Below are positions 1 to 7,617 of a DNA stretch of 64,000 bases, piece after piece; the stretch's first letter is position 1; every line of letters starts with the position of its first letter. The stretch is from an uncultured bacterium (GTDB lineage: Bacteria > Eisenbacteria > RBG-16-71-46 > CAZAMP01), in the NCBI GenBank assembly GCA_964486455.1, contig CAZAMP010000018.1, positions 14,971 through 78,970 on the forward strand, read 5' to 3'. A program made the position numbers and the translations under genes. The notes under the pieces were generated by a model, which did no database searches, was not told the origin of the DNA, and worked only from the letters and a program-made list of their open reading frames with translations.

Positions 1-1
1 T

Positions 2-544
2 CTACGCAAGCTCTTAAACCGCGCACGCCGCTCGGGCGCATCGGTCGAACCCGACCCGGAGTTTCGCTACTTCGACGACTTCATGCGCATGCTGGAGTCG
101 ACGTTCGACAAGCACGGGGGCCGAACGCCGACCGCGCAGGCCATGGCGGCACGTCTGGAGGTCTTCCGGGAAAAGACGAAGCTCTTCGTTCTGAAGGTTG
201 ACGACACACCCGCGGGCGCGATCCTTTGCCACTATTCCCCGACGACCTGCTACCTCTCGAAGATGCCGTCGTCGCCTGACGGGCAGCGCGATCACCGGAC
301 GAAGCTTCTCTATCACGCGGCGCTCCAGGACGCGTGCGAGAACGGATACCGATTTGCGGAGTTCGGTACGACCTCGATCCCGTCTCTCGCGTACTGGAAA
401 GAACGGTTCAAGGCGACACGTGTGCCGATGCGTCAGTACGAGCGTGAATGCTCTACGGTTCGCGTCGCGATCGCGAAGGCGCCCTGGATCGCCCGGCGGC
501 TCAAGAAAGAGGTATCGCGCGTGACGGAACGGCTGAAGAAGTAG
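2..544 (+). CDS. FemAB/CelD-like (Acetyltransf_6-type) transferase, C-terminal fragment; 5' end lies outside the window
   Basis: Frame is open from the window edge and the first ATG is at 83. The C-terminal region (YRFAEFGTTS...YWKERFKA) resembles the CelD/FemAB-family C-termini of the paralogs at 1743, 11448 and 15931. Confidence 0.55.
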   Translation, partial: LRKLLNRARRSGASVEPDPEFRYFDDFMRMLESTFDKHGGRTPTAQAMAARLEVFREKTKLFVLKVDDTPAGAILCHYSPTTCYLSKMPSSPDGQRDHRTKLLYHAALQDACENGYRFAEFGTTSIPSLAYWKERFKATRVPMRQYERECSTVRVAIAKAPWIARRLKKEVSRVTERLKK

Positions 545-589
545 TCGCTCTCGCTCCGCCGCTCTGCTCCCGCGTCCGCGCCCGCGCGC

Positions 590-1702
590 CTATCTTCGGA
601 AGCGGCCCTTGAGCGCACCCCACCCCGTTCGCTCAATCGGCACCGACGTGTCGACGAGCCCCACGTACTCTTCATCGATCGCGTCGCGCGGCATGGCACC
701 GCACTCGGCAAGCACCGCGGCGAGCGCGGCGGCGGCCGCCATCTCGGTGACGGGCGGTGCGGGCCAGCGAGTCTCCGCCGTCGCGTCGATCTGAGTTTCC
801 GTTGGGATGATGTTCCCCTCCAGATAGACCTCGGTGCTCGACGTCAGGACGATCGCGAGACTCTCGTCGCTCCGTTCACCCGGCGCGTAGACGTTCTTGA
901 CGAGATTGCCCATCGCGTAGTGGCGAAAGCGGGTCCCGTAGCCGGGGTCGCCTCCCCAATCGTCAACGGGCGGGTCCCAATCGGCGACGACGTTGTTCAC
1001 GAGATCGACGACGCCACAGTCGTGAATCTGCGGGTTTCGTTCGTCGCCGAGGACCAGCAGGTTGTGGTGGATCGATATCCGCTCGCACACGCACTCAGGG
1101 CACTCGCCCTGGTAGTGCCGATAGACGTACATGTTCTTGTGGTTGTCGGCCAGCAGGCACCACTGCACGGTGATGTCGCGCGCATCCTCGATGATGTCGA
1201 TGTTCCCGTCGCCCGCCCGCCGGAACGAGCAGTGATCGATGACGATGTCATGGGCGCCCCGCCCGATCTGGAGATTGTCGTGTCCGCCGTCGAAGCGGAG
1301 ATGGTGCAGGACGAAGTCGTGTGCCGTGTCGGGAGCGGTTGAAACCAGCCGGATCAGATCGAACGCACCGGGCACCGGCGGGCTGATCGTGATCCCGGGG
1401 TCGGGAGCGGTCGAGCCGTCGATCGTGACGTGATGATTGGTCAAGCGGATGGGCGACTCGAGGACGATCGTCCCACTGACGGCGAACCGTATGTCCCGAT
1501 TGGACTCCGAAAGGGCGTCCCGGAGTGTGCCGGGACCGTCGTCCGCGAGGCTGTCGACCACATAGACTGTTCCGCCCGCCCCGCCCTCGGTGTCGGCGCC
1601 GAACCCCTCCAGCGGCCGCCCCCCCAGCGGATCGGCGAACGGGGCGCTGACCCCAACCACAAGCCACGCAAGCAGTAACGCGCTACAGGATTTTTCCCGC
1701 AC
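590..1702 (-). CDS. Secreted right-handed beta-helix protein, pectate-lyase (PL1)-like polysaccharide lyase or epimerase candidate
   Basis: N-terminal signal peptide (MREKSCSALLLAWLVVGVSA). Repetitive beta-helix rungs (NIDIIEDARDITVQWC, HHNLLVLGDERNPQ, VVDLVNNVV) resemble the PL1 catalytic region. Family assigned by motif recall only. Confidence 0.5.
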   Translation of the reverse strand: MREKSCSALLLAWLVVGVSAPFADPLGGRPLEGFGADTEGGAGGTVYVVDSLADDGPGTLRDALSESNRDIRFAVSGTIVLESPIRLTNHHVTIDGSTAPDPGITISPPVPGAFDLIRLVSTAPDTAHDFVLHHLRFDGGHDNLQIGRGAHDIVIDHCSFRRAGDGNIDIIEDARDITVQWCLLADNHKNMYVYRHYQGECPECVCERISIHHNLLVLGDERNPQIHDCGVVDLVNNVVADWDPPVDDWGGDPGYGTRFRHYAMGNLVKNVYAPGERSDESLAIVLTSSTEVYLEGNIIPTETQIDATAETRWPAPPVTEMAAAAALAAVLAECGAMPRDAIDEEYVGLVDTSVPIERTGWGALKGRFRR

Positions 1703-1742
1703 TTCCGATAACTCCTATTGATGGCGCCGGTTCACGCCGGCG

Positions 1743-2906
1743 ATGACCGTGCCGAAACGGGATCCGATCTCCTATCCGAGTATAGACCACAAGGACATCC
1801 AGGGCCTGACAATGACGCTTTCGACACGAGCCACAGCATCCGCCGCCGAGATCAACGGACAGTTTCACACGCAGGTCGAATGCTGGGAGCGGCTCACATC
1901 GCTTCGCCATCCCGGATTCTTCCACTCGTTCGAGTGGATGCGACTCTGGATGAAGCACTTCGCCCAGGACCGCGACGTCCGGCTCCACACGGTCGGTGAC
2001 GGGCAAGCCGTCCGGCTGATCGCGCCGCTCCGCACGCGAGCCGTCCGACAGGGCCCGACCTCCGTTCGTATCACGGAGACCATCGGCACCCGGCATTTGC
2101 CGAACAACGATCTCATCTACGATCCGGACGGGCTATCCGGCTGGATCGATGCCCTCATGCAGCATCTCGCGAGCGAATGCCGGACGGACATCCTCCGCAT
2201 CACGGCGCTTCCCGAAGAGTCACCGTTGACCGATCTTCTCCGGGATCGATCGAACGGCCTGAAGAAGGCGGTGGAGGTCGAGAACGACGCGTGCAGAAAC
2301 CGCCACGTGATGCTCGACGCGGACTTCGAAGCGTACTACGCGTCCCGACCGAAGAACCTGCGGCGCGATCAGCGCCAGGGACTCAAGCGGCTGGCGAAGG
2401 AAGGGAGTGTCTCGACGCGCTTCTACCGCTCGATCGCCGAGTCGCCTACCGCTCTTGACGACTACTTCGAACTCTACTCGCGGAGCTGGCAGCAGTCCGA
2501 GCACTGGAAGGACTTCTTCAGCGAGGCGATCGCGCTACTCTCTTCGCTGGAAAAGCTGCGGCTTCTCTTCCTGGATCTGGATGGACGCGCCGTCGCCGGG
2601 CAGCTCGCGCTGGTCGACAACGGCACGCTCTACGTGCTCAAGAACTTCTACGACGAGAGCTACAAGAGGTTCTCCCCCGGCACGATCCTCGGCTTCGACA
2701 TGTTCGCCCGGACGATGCGGAACGACCAGGTCGGTTCCATCGACTACATGAAGGGCGACCAGCCGTACAAGGCGAGATGGGCCGAGAGCGTTCGCGTTCG
2801 CAGCGATTGGGCGATCCCGCTCACCTTTCGTGGATCGCTCGCGCTCAACATCAAGAACCTCGTCTCGGGGAACTCCGGCAACGGATCGAAGAACGGGGAC
2901 GAGTGA
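1743..2906 (+). CDS. CelD/FemAB-like GNAT-fold transferase (Acetyltransf_6-type)
   Basis: Motifs FEWMRLWMKHF and DYMKGDQPYKARWA are typical of the cellulose-biosynthesis CelD / BioF2-like family. An alternative start is at 1812. Confidence 0.7.
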   Translation: MTVPKRDPISYPSIDHKDIQGLTMTLSTRATASAAEINGQFHTQVECWERLTSLRHPGFFHSFEWMRLWMKHFAQDRDVRLHTVGDGQAVRLIAPLRTRAVRQGPTSVRITETIGTRHLPNNDLIYDPDGLSGWIDALMQHLASECRTDILRITALPEESPLTDLLRDRSNGLKKAVEVENDACRNRHVMLDADFEAYYASRPKNLRRDQRQGLKRLAKEGSVSTRFYRSIAESPTALDDYFELYSRSWQQSEHWKDFFSEAIALLSSLEKLRLLFLDLDGRAVAGQLALVDNGTLYVLKNFYDESYKRFSPGTILGFDMFARTMRNDQVGSIDYMKGDQPYKARWAESVRVRSDWAIPLTFRGSLALNIKNLVSGNSGNGSKNGDE

Positions 2907-2979
2907 TTGCACCGGCCGTGCTTTGGCCATAGTGTGACACGTCTCGTACGATCATCACCGCTTCCGGAGTGACACGTTC

Positions 2980-4428
2980 ATGAGGCTCGCGCAAACGGCC
3001 ACGTGGCTCGCGATCGGCCGGAGTATCAACGCCGCGTCGTCACTCATCCTGCCGATCGTCCTCGTTCGGATTCTCACTCAGGACGACTTCGGGTTCTTCA
3101 AGCAGGTCACTCTGGCGGCCACGCTGCTCGTGCCGTTCCTGCCGCTGGGTCTCGACCGGAGCGTGACGTATTTCGTTCCGCGAAAGGGCAGTCGGCCCGC
3201 GGAAGAGATCTCGACCGCCATCCTAGCCGCGCTGGTGCCGTCCGCGCTGGTTACCGCGGCGGCGCTCCTGTTTCCGTCCACGTTCGCGACGCTGTTCGGT
3301 TGCTCCGGGGCTCTCTACATTGTCGGCGCGACCGTCGCCTCGGCGGTGTCGACGGTCTTCTTCGAGCTCGCCAACCGATCGTTGATCGCCGTCGGCGCCG
3401 CTCGGACCGCCGCGCTTCTACCCGCCGCGGTCGGCGTGCCGCGGGCGATCGGGCTGGTCGCAGTCGCGCTCGTGGCCCGGTCGCTGTCGGCAATCTGCCT
3501 CGCGATCATCGGCTTCGCGCTGCTCTACGTCGTGGTGGGTATGTTCGCGCTCGTCCGGCGTGGCTACCTTCGCCCGGCGCTCGATCTGAAAGTCTTGGCC
3601 CGACAGTTACGCTACGGCGGAATGCTGGCGGTGATCACCGTCGTTCAGATCTGGTCCGTTCGCATCGATCGGTTTCTCGTATCCGTCGGACTCAGCCCCG
3701 CGCTGTTCGCGATCTACTCCGTCGGAAAGACACAGATCCCGTTCGTCAGGATCATTCCGGGCTCGCTCGGGTCGGCGACCGCGCCGCGCTACTCGAAGCT
3801 CGAATCGGAAGGCCGTCACCAGGACATGGCGGTCCTCTGGCGAAAGAGCGCCGAAGCACTGCTCCCGCTCTACTTCCTCATCGTCACGTTCCTCGCGGCC
3901 ACCGCGCACTGGACGGTCCCAATCGTCTTCACGGCCGACTACGCGGATGCCATCCCCATCTTTCGCGTCTTCGTGGTGACATACATCTTTCACGCGCTCG
4001 TCGGTATCGAACCGATTCTCCGAGCGCTCGCGGCCCTTCGCTTTCTTTTCATCACCGTGATGATCTCGTTGCCGGTTCGAATCGGACTCGGACTGGCGGC
4101 GCTCGAGATGGGCTCACTCTGGTTTCTGGCCGGCACGCAGATCATCGTCAACACCGTTCTGTTTGCCATTCGTCTCCTCTACATTCGCCGCCGCCTGGAC
4201 GTGACGTGGTCGACGCTGGTGCCGCACCACGGGCTGATCCTCCCGGCGCTGGCCTCCGCGGTCGGGTTGCTCATGACCTGGGGGATCCACGCGTGGCGCG
4301 GGGAAGAACCGATAACGGCGCTCATCGTGTCGGGCGTGGGATGGTGCGTGCTGACGGTCGTGGTTCTCTGGCGTCAGGGCCTCTGGAGACAGATCCTCTC
4401 GAGAAAGCGGGAAAGCCGATCGGCCTGA
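2980..4428 (+). CDS. Wzx-like polysaccharide flippase (MOP/PST family multi-TM protein)
   Basis: 482 aa, about 12-14 hydrophobic helices, N-terminal region typical of polysaccharide biosynthesis protein family. The overlapping +590 aa frame (3003..4775) is a GC-rich shadow ORF. Confidence 0.7.
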   Translation: MRLAQTATWLAIGRSINAASSLILPIVLVRILTQDDFGFFKQVTLAATLLVPFLPLGLDRSVTYFVPRKGSRPAEEISTAILAALVPSALVTAAALLFPSTFATLFGCSGALYIVGATVASAVSTVFFELANRSLIAVGAARTAALLPAAVGVPRAIGLVAVALVARSLSAICLAIIGFALLYVVVGMFALVRRGYLRPALDLKVLARQLRYGGMLAVITVVQIWSVRIDRFLVSVGLSPALFAIYSVGKTQIPFVRIIPGSLGSATAPRYSKLESEGRHQDMAVLWRKSAEALLPLYFLIVTFLAATAHWTVPIVFTADYADAIPIFRVFVVTYIFHALVGIEPILRALAALRFLFITVMISLPVRIGLGLAALEMGSLWFLAGTQIIVNTVLFAIRLLYIRRRLDVTWSTLVPHHGLILPALASAVGLLMTWGIHAWRGEEPITALIVSGVGWCVLTVVVLWRQGLWRQILSRKRESRSA

Positions 4429-5693
4429 TGCGTTCGATCGTAGAACGCCAATCGGTCTCGCGGCGGACCCGGAAGCTCATCCCCACGGTTCCACGCTTCG
4501 TAGAGCAGTTCCAGCTGCCGCGCGATCTCTTCCTCGTCATTAGGATGGGCGATCCAGCAGCCGCCGACCCGGCGGGCGAGTCTCGTCGTCGTGCCGTCCG
4601 GGCAGAGCAACAGGACCGGCCGCCCCACGGCGAGCACTTCGTAGAACTTGCCCGGCGTGTGACGGTTGGGTCCGCCCAGATCCCCCTCGAGCACGAGGTT
4701 CGCGCCGGCGTCCCGAAGGTGTCGCAGAACTTCGGCGTGGGGCGCGTAGCCGTGAAGCTCCACGACGCGGGATAGGCGACTCCCGGGCGCAATGACCGAC
4801 CTGACGCCGGCAACACTACCGAAGAACCGCACACGAAATCGATCGCCGTCGATCGTACCGGCTTCGAGCAGACCATCAATGGCGCGAAAGAGGGCGCGCG
4901 GATCTCGCCACGCGAAGAGCCCTCCCGCATAGGTCAACGTGAAGCGGTCGGTGGCCGGCTCGGCTTCGGGCTCGGCGGGCGGCGGGATGTCGTCCGGGTC
5001 GTAACCGTTCGGAACCCAAAAGCGGTCGCGGCCCCGCATCGCGGCGCGGTGGGCGGTGACGATCGCCGCGGCATGGGAAAGCACGCCGCGCTCCAGACGC
5101 GACGCGATCCGGCGGCGGATTCCGGAGAGCCCGAGCGCCGCGGGAACGGTGTCGGGTGGAAAGTCCGGATAGAGCCGATGCGTCCACGGATCGCGATAGT
5201 CGAGGACGAGTGGGATGCCGAGGCGGCGGCTCAAGAACTTCGCGACTAGCATCGGGCTCCACGGCGGGCCCGAGACGAGAATGACGTCCGGACGAAAACG
5301 GCGGGCGAGACGAAGACCGGCGAACGCGGCGAACGGAAACCAGCCCGCCTGAGGATCGGGAAGGCTAAGCGCGTCGAGCCCGATCATGATGACGTGGAGG
5401 AAGCGATCGAGGATGCGCCACACGCCGCCTGAGGGAATGCGCCGTCGGAGTCGCGCGACCAGGAGCCATGGGCTCGGGTCGGGCACGTGCACGCACGGCA
5501 CGCCGGAGGAGATCTCGTCAACTAAGCCGTCGTCCGTCCGCCAGATCCCCGCGGTCGGCCCCGCGAGCACGGCCACGGGCACACCGCGTCTTCCCCAGAG
5601 CTTGGCGAACTTCGCGGAGCGCTGGACACCTCCCCCGCCCTGCGGGGGGAAACGGTATGCGATGAGCATGATACGTGGGGCCATCCGACGCAT
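4374..5693 (-). CDS. GT4-like glycosyltransferase
   Basis: Internal start MRRMAPRIMLIAYRFPPQGGGGVQRS chosen within the 821-aa ORF 4374..6839. The upstream part of that ORF is antisense to the + strand GT4 gene. C-terminal GT-B Rossmann region is present. Confidence 0.6.
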   Translation of the reverse strand: MRRMAPRIMLIAYRFPPQGGGGVQRSAKFAKLWGRRGVPVAVLAGPTAGIWRTDDGLVDEISSGVPCVHVPDPSPWLLVARLRRRIPSGGVWRILDRFLHVIMIGLDALSLPDPQAGWFPFAAFAGLRLARRFRPDVILVSGPPWSPMLVAKFLSRRLGIPLVLDYRDPWTHRLYPDFPPDTVPAALGLSGIRRRIASRLERGVLSHAAAIVTAHRAAMRGRDRFWVPNGYDPDDIPPPAEPEAEPATDRFTLTYAGGLFAWRDPRALFRAIDGLLEAGTIDGDRFRVRFFGSVAGVRSVIAPGSRLSRVVELHGYAPHAEVLRHLRDAGANLVLEGDLGGPNRHTPGKFYEVLAVGRPVLLLCPDGTTTRLARRVGGCWIAHPNDEEEIARQLELLYEAWNRGDELPGPPRDRLAFYDRTHQADRLSRFLERICLQRP

Positions 5694-5780
5694 CGTGGCC
5701 CCTTTGCTCGGATGACGCAAGTACCCGAGCCATCGAGATGCGCCTTGACGGCGCCGGAGCGCATGATGACACTGGCCGCC

Positions 5781-6941
5781 ATGCGTAAGAAACGACTCGA
5801 ACGACTTCGGATCGGATTCGTGCTCGGCGAGCTCGGGATCGGCGGCGCCGAGCGGCAGCTCCTGAAGAAAATCGCCATACTGCAAGACCAAGGCGTGGAC
5901 TGCTTCGTGGTCACGCTTTCGAGCGGCGGCGATCTGACTCAGGCCTTCGCCGCGGAGAAGATCCGGCTTCACGAGATCCCTCGCGGGCACTCGCTCGAGG
6001 TCAGCCGGATGTGGAATCTCATCGGCATCCTGCTCCGCGAGCGACCCACCATCGTTCACGGGGAACTGTACGACGCGGGCGCCTACGCGCGTATCGCCTC
6101 GATGATGGCGGGCGTTCCGATTCGGATCCAGGCGATCCGGTCGACCTACCCGCGCCTCAATCCGAAGTACCGCCTTGCGGAGGAGATTCTCAAGTGGTTC
6201 ACCGACGCCTACATCGTGAACGCCGCCGCGATCAAGCGACGCACGATAGAGCTCCATCGTGTGAATTCGAAAAAGGTGCACGTCGTCTACAACCTCTACG
6301 ACGCCACCGAAGCGCCGCGCTGCACACCGGATGAGATGCGCCGCGAGCTGGGGCTCGTGCCCGGCCGCAAAGTCATCGGTCTCCTCGGCTCGTTCTCCCC
6401 CGAGAAGAACCACGAGCTGTTCTTGCGGTTCGCCCGCGCGCTTATCGATCGCGGAACGGACGCGGAGTTCATGCTCATCGGGGACGGCAAGCTCAGGCCG
6501 AAGATCGAGGCGCAGATTGCGCAGCTCGACCTCGGGTCGCGCGTGCGTCTCCTCGGACTTCGGAGGGACGTGCCCGATCTGCTTCAGGTCCTCGACATCT
6601 CGGTGAACTGCTCGTTTCGCGAAGGGCTCAACAACGCCATCCTGGAATCGCTGGCACTGGGCATCCCCGTTCTGGGGAGCCACGTCGGCGGCACACCCGA
6701 GCTGGTCGAGACGGGGGTGAACGGCGAGACGTTCGAGTCGGACTCGCTCGACGACATGATCGCCAAGGCAGAGATGATGATCCCGCGGATCGAGGAGTAC
6801 CGCGCCCGGATCCGCGAGAACCGCGGAGACTTTCTGCAACGGTTTCAGGCGGACGAGGTCACCCGCCAGACCCTGGACATCTACCTTAAGTGCTTGTCAA
6901 ATCGAGGGTTCGAGCTGGAGAGCCCACCCCACGCCCACTGA
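5781..6941 (+). CDS. GT4 glycosyltransferase (GT-B fold)
   Basis: RIGFVLGELGIGGAERQ N-terminal motif and EGLNNAILESLALGIPVLGSHVGGTPELV C-terminal motif (E-x7-E region). Start trimmed to the ATG at 5781; alternatives are 5712 and 5763. Confidence 0.75.
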   Translation: MRKKRLERLRIGFVLGELGIGGAERQLLKKIAILQDQGVDCFVVTLSSGGDLTQAFAAEKIRLHEIPRGHSLEVSRMWNLIGILLRERPTIVHGELYDAGAYARIASMMAGVPIRIQAIRSTYPRLNPKYRLAEEILKWFTDAYIVNAAAIKRRTIELHRVNSKKVHVVYNLYDATEAPRCTPDEMRRELGLVPGRKVIGLLGSFSPEKNHELFLRFARALIDRGTDAEFMLIGDGKLRPKIEAQIAQLDLGSRVRLLGLRRDVPDLLQVLDISVNCSFREGLNNAILESLALGIPVLGSHVGGTPELVETGVNGETFESDSLDDMIAKAEMMIPRIEEYRARIRENRGDFLQRFQADEVTRQTLDIYLKCLSNRGFELESPPHAH

Positions 6942-7091
6942 CCGGCAGAGCCACGGCAGCTTCGCTTCATGCTCCCCTCTTCTGTCTTGCCCCTGTCCCT
7001 GGAGGCCACGAATTTATCCGATAACAAAGACAGCGTACAGTGATCACACTGAAACCAACGATCCTCACACCATGACAGGCCGACCGGAGTA

Positions 7092-7301
7092 GTGAGCAAA
7101 ATGTATCCGATCGCAGAACTCCTCGGCATCGCGGGAGCAATCCTCGGTCTGGTTTGCACCTTCGCCATCTGGCGAAAGGTGCGCTACGAGAGACAGCATC
7201 TCGAAAGCTCTGACCTTGCCGGGAAGCGGCTAGTCAAGCCCGCTGGATTTGAGGATCTCAAGAATGCCCTGGACGCCACCGAAGATCGATGGCGACGGTG
7301 A
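7092..7301 (+). CDS. Small hypothetical membrane protein (one TM)
   Basis: 69-aa ORF in a lower-GC island with a single hydrophobic helix, followed by two hairpins. Weak support only. Confidence 0.25.
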   Translation: MSKMYPIAELLGIAGAILGLVCTFAIWRKVRYERQHLESSDLAGKRLVKPAGFEDLKNALDATEDRWRR

Positions 7302-7617
7302 AATCCTGCCTAGAGGTGTGTCAGGTTGGAGAGTTCCTCCAACCTGATGCATCATCCAAAGCTGGCTGTTGCCAGCCACATCGCCCGCTCCATGCTGTAC
7401 AAGTGTATGTGACACAATGAATTAGTAGCATTCGCTTGCGTGGTAGGGCCTGTCCTCAAGCGGAATCTCCATGTAGTTGCTGATGCCATCCATTTCCACG
7501 ACTAGTTGCGGTCTGGATCCTGCGACAGATACCATCCACTATCGATAGGCTGGCGGCGCGCCGATAAGACTATCGTGCTACAGCGCCTACATCATTCCGC
7601 ACTGATCCACTAAGGCC

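Noticed and set aside
2930-2975. 9-bp direct repeat GTGACACGT (x2) upstream of the Wzx start
   Set aside because: Two short copies only. Could be a regulator site but is too weak to call without comparative data.
3003-4775. 590-aa plus-strand ORF overlapping the Wzx gene in another frame
   Set aside because: Extremely Arg/Gly/Pro-rich with no hydrophobic segments. The +1-frame ORF 2980..4428 encodes a coherent multi-TM flippase.
4374-6839. 821-aa minus-strand ORF
   Set aside because: Only the C-terminal 439 aa (from MRRMAPRIM at 5693) look like a GT4 protein. The N-terminal 380 aa are antisense to the + strand GT4 gene 5781..6941 and have shadow-frame composition.
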